NCBI RefSeq assembly: GCF_009914755.1 | Contig: NC_060928.1 | Reading direction: 5' to 3' (one strand) | Origin: the human T2T-CHM13v2.0 reference genome, Homo sapiens | Length of the DNA stretch: 64,000 nucleotides | Part shown: piece by piece, positions 50,276 to 64,000 of the stretch | How positions within the stretch are numbered: position 1 is the stretch's first letter | Layout: each line of letters starts with the position of its first letter | The notes under the pieces: model-generated | What the model saw: only the letters and a program-made list of their open reading frames with translations | Databases searched by the model: none | What the model was told of the DNA's origin: nothing | Program-made: the position numbers and the translations under genes

Positions 50276-51048
50276 ATTGCAGTTAAAATATCAGATATAG
50301 CAGTATGTTTTTAAAATTTGATATATTTCATAGTAAATTTAATAAAATATGTATAAGAACTATACACAGAATATTATAGATTAGAAATCAACACTAAAAA
50401 GGCAACTGGAAAATCCCCACATATTTGCAAACCAAGCAATCTATTTGTAAATAACCCACAGGTCAGAAGAATAAATTAAAATGGAAAATTTTAAAAAATA
50501 TTTTGAACTGAATATGCCATATTGTAATTTGTGGAATGAAGTTGAACAAAACCATACTGAGATAAATTTTAAAATACTTAAACAAATAGGGATTTATATC
50601 AGTGCGATAGAGTGAGGGGAACAATATTTTTAAGCTGCCGATTCTTTCATGTTGATCTATAGTAGATTCGATACAATCCTAATGAAAATTTCAGAATATG
50701 TTTTGTAGAAATTGATCAGCTAATCATAAAATCTATGTATAAACTCAAAGGACTTGGAATAGATAAAAGAACGCTGAAAACTAACAATTTTGTAAGAGAT
50801 ACACACCATCTGAAATAAAAACTTTGCTCCCATCTGTAGTTACCAATGAGGTTGATATGGTACTAGTCTAAAAATAGATAATTAGATTAAGGTAACAGAA
50901 TAGAGTCCAGAAATTGGCACGCATTTGTACAGTTAATGTATTTTCAACCATGGCACCAAAATGACTCAACAGGGAAATGAAAGTGTTTTCAATGTATGCT
51001 GCTGGAACAACTTGCTGTTAAAGTGATTTAAAAAATGAACATCAGTTT

Positions 51049-54916
<3,868 letters not shown>

Positions 54917-55036
54917 TGAATGTCAACTTATACCTCACACAGTATGTAGAGATTACTTTGAGATTGAACATAGGCTAAAAATATAAACTTCTACAAGAAA
55001 ACATAAGTATCTTCCTAGTCTCATGGTAAGCAAACA

Positions 55037-55328
55037 TCCTTCCTTCCTTTCTCTTTTTCTCCTTTTCTGTCTCTCTCTCTTTCTCTCTCCCTTCTCTTCT
55101 CCTTCCTTCCTTCCTGTCCTTTCCTTTCCTTTCCTTCTTTCCTTCTTTCCTTCCTCCCTCCCTCCCCCCGCCTCCCTCTCTTCCTCTCTCTTCCTTTCTC
55201 CCTTCTTCTTTCTCTTTCTTTCTTTCTCTTTCTTTTTCTTTCTTTCCTTCTCTTTCTTTCTTTCATTCTTTCTTTCTCTCTTTCTCCTTCTTTCTCCTTT
55301 CTCTGTCTTTCCCTTTCTTTCTTTTTTT
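55037..55328. repeat. CT-rich (TTCC/TTTC/CT)n homopyrimidine tract
   Basis: About 290 bp with only a handful of purines. Confidence 0.95.
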
Positions 55329-55641
55329 GAGGACCCAAGAAACAAACTACAGACCAAAGGAACATATCTACAATTAATTTGACAAAGCCAAATAAAACCA
55401 CAATGACATACCACTGCATACCCACTAGAATTTGAAAAGACTGGTAACACTCAATGTTTCTATGAATATGTGGAAGTTAGTGATGGAAGAATAAGATGGT
55501 AAAATCATTTTGCAAATTAGCCTCTCAGATTTTCTTAAAAGTAGACAAAGTTATTTTGAAATATGACCAAGTTATTTCATACCTAGATATTTAAACAGGA
55601 GACAGGAAAACATATATACACAAAAAAGTGCACAAGAATGT

Positions 55642-56004
55642 TGATATGATTTGGCTGTGACCCCATCCAAATCTCATCTTGAATTGTAGTTCCCATAATC
55701 CCTATGTGTCATGAGAGGGACCTGGTGGGAAGTAATTGAATAATAGGGTCGGTTCCTCCATGCTGTTCTCATGAAAGTTAGTGAGTTTTCACGAGATCTG
55801 ATGGTTTTATAAGTTTCTGGCATTTCTCCTGCTGGCACCCATTATCTCTCTGGCCACCCTGCAAACAGATGCCTTCTACCATGATTTTAAGTTTCCTGAG
55901 GCTTCCCCAGCCATGTGCAACTGTGAGTCGATTAAACCTCTTTTCTTTATAAATTACCCAGTCTTGGGTATTTCTTCACAGCAGTATAAGAACAGACTAA
56001 TACA
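55642..56004 (+). mobile_element. THE1 (C/D-like) MaLR solo LTR
   Basis: 'tgatatgatttggctgtg...aaatctcatcttgaattgtagttcccataatccc...attaaacctc...gactaataca'; ~363 bp. Confidence 0.93.
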
Positions 56005-56756
56005 GATGATGTCCATAACAACTTTATTCATAATTGTTAAAGAGAGCAAACATTAAATATCTATCAACTAAGGATGGCTAGACAAATGGTTGTATATCCA
56101 TATAGTCAAATAAGTCTTAGGAAATTAAAACAAAAATGTAATAAGCTACTAATACACACACAAATGATAAATCTCAAAAATATTAAGCTATTCAGCTGTT
56201 CAAAAGATGCCAGACACTCTGTAGTTAAATACAAATTTCTCTTACCGTCAAGTAATAAAGCAAATGATTTTAAGAGATCAGAACAGTGGTGGTTTCTTGA
56301 TAGGTAGAATAGGGATAAGTATGCAGTTTAGGTAGAAGTATAATGAATCTTTTTTAAATGATGAAAATATTTTATATTTTGGTAGAAATCTGAGTTATTC
56401 AGGTGAACATATTTTCAAAATATTTTGAATTGTACACATAATTTTGTGCATTTCACTGGACCTAAAATATACCTCAAAAAAAAGACCACCCCCAGACATA
56501 TATGTTAAATCTTTAGTGCAATTCTAGATACTTCAGTGAAACACTTTGAAAAGCACTTACCAGTTAATAGGACTGTTTAAAGCCTTTTAAGCATAGAATT
56601 TATATGCTCACAACATTTTAAGAATATATTTGCATTTTTGGTAACTCAATAAGTGGACTGTATAGATGGTGAATTAGGAATGAGCAATATTTCAGATAGA
56701 TCAATTTAAATTTTTAAAAACTGGCCTTACATTTTCAAAAATAAACAAAATGAGGG

Positions 56757-57164
56757 GGTATTAGTCCAGTTGCATTGCTATAAAGAAATACTGAGACTGG
56801 GTAAGTTATAAAGAAGAGAGGTTTATTTAGCTCACAGTTCTGCAGGCTATTCACAAAGCAGAATGCTAACATCAGCTTCTGATGAGGGCCTCAGAAAGCT
56901 TCCAGTCGTGGTGGAAGGTGAACGGGAGCCAGCATGTCACATGGTAAGAGAGGGAGCAAGAGAGAGAGGAGGAAGTGCCAGGATCCTTTTAAACAAACAG
57001 TTCTCCTGTAAACTAACAGAGCAAGAATTCACTCATCATCGAGGGTATGGAGCTAAGCCATTCAGGAGCAATCCTTCCCCATTATCTAACACTTCCCACT
57101 AGGCCCCACCTCCAACACTGGGGAGCACATGAGATTTGGAAGGCACACACATCCAAACATAACA
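56757..57164 (-). mobile_element. MST (MSTB-like) MaLR solo LTR
   Basis: 'gtattagtcc...gcattgctataaagaaatac...aggccccacctccaacactgggg...catccaaac'. Confidence 0.9.
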
Positions 57165-57749
57165 GGGTGATTTCGCTGGCAACAATTAGAAACCTATAGA
57201 TATCTGTTACCAGATCTCAAGTTGACAGCTGGCTTCACAAAAGTGATAAGAATTTAGTAACAGTTTCCAGTGTATTTTTGTAAAAAGTCTACCGTATATG
57301 ACCTAAGGCAGTATTTAGCATTCTTATGTAATCAAGAGATTCATACTTCTACATATTTCTGATCTCACCCTAATTTCATATTTTCCAAATATTATAGATA
57401 CATGAATCATCTTTAAAATAGAAGCCTACCCTTTCCCTTGGGATTTTGTCATTTTTGGCATTATATGTGATAAAGTTGTTCAAAGAGACAAGGAAAAATA
57501 CAATATTTTATATCACTATAGTGTCAAATTATATTAATTTTCACTTCGTATATGTAACAATCTTGGTGCTACTTTCCAAACATAAAAATAAATTTAAAGA
57601 TTTTCCCTCCTTTTACAAGTGATACTTTTGCTTTTTAGTGTACTTAAGTATTAAAAGTATTCATTGAAGCATTTTATTTAATTTCAAATAAATGTTTTCA
57701 ACATCACATTATGATATTATTAATTATTTTGAGATTGCATCTGTACTAG

Positions 57750-58045
57750 CTTAAATGTCATGTCCTTGGCTTAGCCTCTGCTGTGTGCTCTAATTAGAGA
57801 TGCTCCTCATGTTCTCTTTGCCCTTGCCATACAAACATGTGCTTTTCTGCATTATTGTGTTTTATTTTCTCTCTGTTGATTATCCTTATCTGAAATAATT
57901 GTTGCTTACAAGTTTTTTTAATCTCTGCTTATTATCATCTGTTTTACAATGACAATGATTTATCTTGCTTATGCCATATCCCCAGTGCCTATGATATTGC
58001 CAGGTGCAGATTAGGCATTCTTTTAAGTATTTGAATGTGTGGATG
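57750..58045 (+). mobile_element. L2 3' end
   Basis: 'atatccccagtgcctatg...ccaggtgcagattaggcattc...tatttgaatg'. Confidence 0.6.
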
Positions 58046-58914
58046 AAACAAAGAAGGAATACACTTTGTAAAGGTATCTAAAATAGCAGGTATGTATTGC
58101 ATTTATTCATTTATATTTCTTTATACTTGTCTTCCACTTCTTAAATGGCAAAGAGAAGAAATTTACATTGAGAAGACAAGAGTAGAAAGAGATCAGCGCT
58201 GTGGGATTGTAAAAATAATTGTGCAATTTGGTATGTTTAAATGATCATAACCATGCTCTGATTCACACCACAGTGGGAATAATTCTAGTCTCAAGAAATG
58301 GATTGAAAAAATCTCATGCTTCAGTTTTGTAATTTCGTATGTAAGTAGATAAGTAGATGTTTAAAAGGTCATTGAAATATAATTATAACCATTTACTAAA
58401 GAAAAAAAAGTGTTCAGTCCCAAAGCTTTTCACATCATGATAAGCAGAGTAAGAACAGTTAAATCTGGTCCAAGTTTGCCTTAGATAAATGGCTATCAAA
58501 CTCCATTAGCCAGTGATTCTGCCTTCTTTCATCCTGTGCAATGAGGAGGGAAAAGTAAACCATTAAATCACAAAAGTCAGCACTGAAACACTTGGAAAGT
58601 GGTTCAAATATGGACAGATCTGTTGGGAAGAGCATCAATGTGATCTTCTAATTACTAACAGGCAAAATGATATGGATGAAGCCATCCTGGGTCACTTTCT
58701 GTAAAGCTTGAATGTTTCTTCATTACTTGGGTTATATTTCCCCTCACCATTTACTACTCCATCACAACCTGAAGTACCAGTTTAAATCATTCATTTAAAC
58801 TTGATCATATGGGGCAATTTAAAGTTCTTACTTCCTCTTGCCAGCTTACAAACACATCAATTCTAGGAGTCTTTCAAATTCCAAAATGAAAGTCACTCAC
58901 TTTATATTTAATTG

Positions 58915-58950
58915 TCATCATCATCGTCATCATCATCATAGTCATCATCA
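58915..58950. repeat. (CAT)n imperfect trinucleotide repeat
   Basis: tcatcatcatcgtcatcatcatcatagtcatcatca. Confidence 0.85.
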
Positions 58951-60974
58951 ACATTGCTATCATCCCAGTAGTTTAATAATGCCTGGATAGTACAGAGATG
59001 AGCAAGCCTTTCAGGACTGTTAATATTGATTTCAGCATCAGCCATGACCTTGTTTGGCCCTCCTATGCATGTCCCTTGGATATGTAAAACAAGAATCAGG
59101 TAATGACATCAAATGATTTATGAAAGCTAGTTAGTAAAAATAACCAACTGACTAATTTTTATTACTGCTTATTTTTATGGTTGGTGATCCCCAAACATAG
59201 TCCTGATCGTTATTATTTCCATGCTTTTAGATTAAATCATTGAAAGTTAATGTGCTTTTGAAAATTTTCAATGTCATGCATTTATTCACTTTTCCTTTAC
59301 TCATTTATTTGTAAAAGCATCTTTGGATTCATCAACCATATTTTTCTTGTCATTAGATACTGTTAGATGCCATTTCCTTGCAGAAAAGCATTGATGGAAG
59401 ACACCCTGAAAGAATAGTAAAAGATAAGGATTTAACTAAGTAATGGATGGCAAGAAAACATTTAAAAGAAACAAAATGTAACAAGGTCAAAGACATCAAA
59501 GGAATAGAAAGAGAAATAATTTTAAAGATTACATTTAAGTGTGATCTCAAAATATACAATATCATGTACAAAGTTTCTTTATGATGTTTTGTTGATCTGA
59601 GCTAAGTACTTTTGGAATCTTCATTTTGTGGTTAATTATGCTGCAAGAATCTCTATATGAGATTAGTGCCTGATTATATGGTGGAAAGATACATTTTTCC
59701 AAATGTTGTAGTACTTTAAAAAATTTGGATTGTATTACACATACAGTAATATAAAACATTTTATACTGATAATTTTATCTTCTTATCTGCAGTAGGGGTG
59801 TGGCTTGTCCTCTACTTATTTGGCAAAATACATTACCTCATGTAATTACAATTTATTTGATATCTTTAATAAAATATTTTAAGCTAGATCTATTGGAGTC
59901 TATCACATATCCTTTCCTAGTATAATTTTATACATGATCAGCAATTGTTTTATAGAATGAAAAGTTAAATAAAACCACATACCTTTATTCACATAGCTCC
60001 ATGGTGGTCTTTATTAGCAAACTCTGATATTTTATTAGTAAGATGATTTTAAATAATCTATTTTTAAAACTTTCACATACAAATTAAAAAAATTAAAGGA
60101 CAAAAATCAGGCAATTTTACTATGATTTATAATTTGCCACACATTATCAGTAGCTGGTCATTTTATTCAGTGTGTATTTGCTGTACTATTCTAAACCTAT
60201 TTGTTATAATATTATATGGGAATTCCACAAATCTTGCAATGAGCTAGCAAGTTAATCTTCATAAAAAATATTTACTCAAATTATTAAAGTTGCATTTTTA
60301 TAGATTTAATTCTAAACATTAAGTAGTGCATCTCAATAGTTTATTCTTTATTAATATTTAATATAATAAATATCACTCAATGTAAACTCCTCGAAAGGAT
60401 GGATAGCTTTTTGACTGCCATTGGTGAATTTCTGAAACTGCAAAGTAAATATATAATTATCCAATAATAAGCAGACGTTTATTACCAAGTACATGTAAAG
60501 TATCTCAGTACCCAAAAGAAAAATGAAATTATTTTAATTAAATATCAGTGAAACAATTTGCCTTTTCTAACTGAAACCATGTGAAATTCACCTTTAACTG
60601 TCCTGTATGTTGTGGGCTCTACAAGCATCCTGTGAGTACTCCTCATGTATGAATGAATGTGTAGCCGGAGAGAAACATGCCTATATTTGTTTTGAATGAA
60701 AATCCCATTTCATAGATTAGCTAGTGCAATCACTTTTCAATTCAAAACATATCCAAATTCATACAACAGCATGATAGATCCTGATGTGAAAGGAGTTTTC
60801 TGTGCATAATTCGGATGTGATCATGTATTGAGGTAAGGGTTGCCAGGGAAGATTGTGTGTAATTTATAATAATAACACTTATTTTAGTGAATATTTATGA
60901 CACAGAGTATGTCAGATTTCAGCTAGAAAAGCAAAACCAGTAAGACATATATATGAACAGATTAATTGCTAGAA

Positions 60975-61347
60975 ATTGTCCCACAACAAATTGCTTCACA
61001 CCTGTGACCCGATTTCCAACACAGCTCACATGATTCCTAATTGTTTTAAGCCAGCTGTGCTGGTTCAATTATCCTTGCAGTAATTCTGTTATGCTTAGTT
61101 CTCTGACACATTTCTGACCAATGAAAGCTGAGAGACCAGCTCTTTAAGTTCTTTAAAATATGCACAGCGATGCTTTTGTAGTCATAAGGGATGCTTAAAA
61201 TGTAGTTATAAGGGATGCCACAACTATTTTGCAAACATGAAAGCAGAGGTAATAACAAAACAGAAAGTACAGGAAGAACTTGGCCCTCTACAGTATTATC
61301 CAGCCACTGAATTAACCACCTTTGCAAGCTCTGCCATATTTAGCCTT

Positions 61348-61389
<42 letters not shown>

Positions 61390-61475
61390 TTATTTTTGAT
61401 AACACCTTTTTCTTGTTTATTTTGTTTGGATAAGAAATTTTTGTTAAATCAGTTGTTAGCCTCTTAACTGATACA
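60975..61475 (+). mobile_element. Old MLT1 (H/I/J-like) MaLR LTR
   Basis: 'ttctgaccaatga', 'gaagaacttggccctc...cagccactgaattaacc', terminus 'cttaactgataca'. Confidence 0.65.
61351..61386. repeat. (AC)18 microsatellite
   Basis: Perfect AC run. Confidence 0.97.
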
Positions 61476-61651
61476 GAAACCAAATGGAATCAGAAGTAGC
61501 TAGGTAAATGGCAAAATCAGAGAAAGGGAATTTAAATGATTCAAATGCTTATTGGAATTAGAAAAACGTGGTCAGCAGCCACATCTCATCCTTTGAATGT
61601 GAACTGTGGAATCGCAGTAGTTGAAGCTGGGAGTCACAGTAATTCTTCCCA

Positions 61652-61695
61652 CAGTGGTTCTCAGGCTTTAGCATGTGCCAGAATCACCTGAAGTT
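61652..61695 (+). mobile_element. MER5A-like hAT fragment
   Basis: 'cagtggttctcaggctttagcatgtgccagaatcacctgaag'. Confidence 0.6.
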
Positions 61696-63527
61696 GAGTT
61701 GTGAGATTTCAGGCTTCTCTTCTGACATGGACCTCTCAATTTTCTCTGAGTAATTATCTTATAACTACTCTCATTTGGCTTGAAGTAGAGAAAAGACAAG
61801 CCCTACCCCTCAAGCCTTTTCATCTCCTTCAATTTTCTCAATGAATCCTCTCTCAATAAATCTCTAGTCTTATTGATATGAGGTAGGAGGGGACTCTGCC
61901 TAAGCCTAGGCGTGGCAGGCAGAGAGGAGAAGGACTGCACTTTGTGATGCCTCCCTTAGGATATTGTCCCTCTCTGTTGCCTAGGACTGACTGAAGCCAC
62001 CAGTGCCATCTAGGCAGGACCCTCCAAACCTGGATCTGGTCTCATAAATTCTAGTTTCAAGGAGACTACCTCAAGATGATCTATTTTCCCCATGGCACTG
62101 ACATGCCGATTTTAGGTGACTCGGTCACATCAAAACACAGGAAAGGTTCAGGACTCCTGGCTACCAGTGGTCCACTGATGAGTTTTGAGCTTGAACCATG
62201 TGAGGCTGGGCATTAGCTCTCTCACCCCTACATTCTGACCATGATGCTGCCTCCAGTCTGCAGCACCCAAGGGCAATTGGAGTGGTAGCAGGCATCCTTT
62301 ATTTTTTGCACTCCCAGCCATTGGCACTCAGGCAGTCACTCCACCCCTTCACAGTTCTATGTGTCAGGCAGTCCTCCAGGGTTGACCTTGCCAATCCAGG
62401 CTGAATTGTTTCAAGACTATGGGTCTGCAGCAACAACAGCCACTTCTTAATTATATCCCTCATGCTTCAATTGCTAAATCTTAAGCTGTACAATCCAAAC
62501 ATGGACATTTCTTACATAAATGGGACTTCTGCACACAGCACTCTATCCACTCTATTGGCGGTTCTATGTAGAAGGTACGTTTCTGGTTAACATTGAAACG
62601 TCTCACATTTTAATAATGTAGTGCTTACAACCTAAAGAGTTCAAGAGAGGTCATAATTGGAAGATATGTCATTCTGCATTTATGCTATTATATACCAAAC
62701 AGTAAATTTAACAAGACGAGCAAATTATTATTCACATTTTCCTGCATACCCCGGTTAATACTTGCATTTGTGGGAAACTTCAACAGAATACAACAGCCAT
62801 TGAGAGAGTCTTTGGAAGCTCATATTCACTGGCCGTTTGATGCAGTATCATGAGTGAAGATGTGAACAGATTTAAGTAAAAGTTAATGGAAAACTGCAAA
62901 AACAAGAAGATTGTAAATGTTTTTATATAATTGGGTTCTAAAGAGCCATGGCATTATGAGTAATACCCTTGTTTTTCATAGTAGGAGATATGAAATTAGC
63001 CATTAACAATCCTTTGGAGAATATAGATCACAGAGGGTTGGTTCTTGGACTGAAATAGAAAAGACAATGTGTAGCATTAGAAGATCCTTCCCGTGCATTC
63101 ACTGAACATAAAATATCACCTCTTCTTCACTTCACTCCAAATTGTCATTGATAAATCCATATATTTCACGAGTCCTTATATTTTGTAAAGTATTTTAAAT
63201 TTAAAAATTTTCTATAAAGAGGGATCTTATGAAATATTATTTGCAGAATGCCTTGAAAACCCTGGAGTTAAATATGCTGGGCACCTTTGAGAACTGCTCA
63301 TTTAGAATCTCTTCACTTATCATGCATCGTATTCAACTTTGAGTCCTTAGCCAATTTAGAAACAATAGGAATAATTCTATTTAATTCTATTCCACATTTA
63401 TCTATGGATACATTAGTAAACACACACACACAAACAGACACATACATTATTTCAACATTCATTACCTTAAATCTTGCAACTCAAATTAAGGAACAATAAG
63501 AAAAAAATGTATATACCATTTATAACT

Positions 63528-63954
63528 TGACATGGTTTGAATGTGTGTCCCCTCCAAATCTCATGTTGAAATAAAAGCCCCAGTTTTGTAGGTAAGGCAT
63601 AGTAGGAGGTGTTTGGATTATGGGGGCAGATCCCTTATGAACGTCTTAGTGCCATCCTTGTGATAATGAGTGAGCATTCACTCTGTGTTCATGTGGGATC
63701 TGGTTGTTTAAAAGAATGCGGAGAACATCTCCGCCTTCTCTCTTGCTCTCTCTCTTGCCATGTGACTTACCCGCTCCCATTTCGCCTTCTGCCATAATTA
63801 TAAGCTTCCTGAGGCCCTCACCAGAAGCTAAGCAGATGCTGGCACCACATTTCCTGTACAGCCTTCAAAAGTATGAGCCAATTAAATCTCTTTTCTTAAT
63901 AAATTACCCAGTTTCAGGCATTTCTTTATAGCAATGCAAAAATGGCCTAACACA
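63528..63954 (+). mobile_element. MSTB-like MaLR solo LTR
   Basis: TG...CA termini, 427 bp, perfect 5 bp TSD TAACT (63523-63527 and 63955-63959), ATTAAA poly(A) signal. Confidence 0.95.
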
Positions 63955-64000
63955 TAACTTAAATAATATATATTAATATCTAATGTGTATTTACTACATT

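Noticed and set aside
54953-55450. Lys/Glu/Arg-rich and Phe/Leu/Ser-rich ORFs of 119-165 aa
   Set aside because: Translations of the CT-rich tract, which lacks stop codons by composition
62450-63280. Possible processed pseudogene after the GC-richer island
   Set aside because: No recognisable protein similarity in the frames I inspected, no poly(A) tail or TSD

Overview
AT-rich, repeat-dense primate genomic DNA, probably human or another hominoid, judged from AluY/AluS, L1PA2/3-like, L1PA7-like, THE1 and MST elements. I find no supportable host protein-coding gene, RNA gene, CpG island or CRISPR array. The long ORFs are decayed LINE-1 ORF2 fragments, antisense Alu reads or low-complexity sequence. 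The window is a layered transposon record: L2, MIR, old L1M, MaLR/ERVL/ERV1 solo LTRs, hAT/Tigger MITEs, then L1PB/L1PA and Alu, often nested. L1s lie on both strands, which fits intergenic DNA better than an intron but does not prove it. I cannot support a new gene system here. The notable signals are mutational-mechanism scars. (i) Three short non-tandem duplications (about 30-75 bp) with a partner copy 1-3 kb away. (ii) A ~150 bp retroposed, apparently non-TE polyadenylated fragment inside an old L1. (iii) Two 5'-inverted (twin-primed) L1s, one with a probable 3' transduction. (iv) A tandem Alu pair with three copies of the target site. (v) Several fold-back palindromes. Subfamily calls come from recalled consensus sequences, not a database run, and the boundaries of old elements are approximate.
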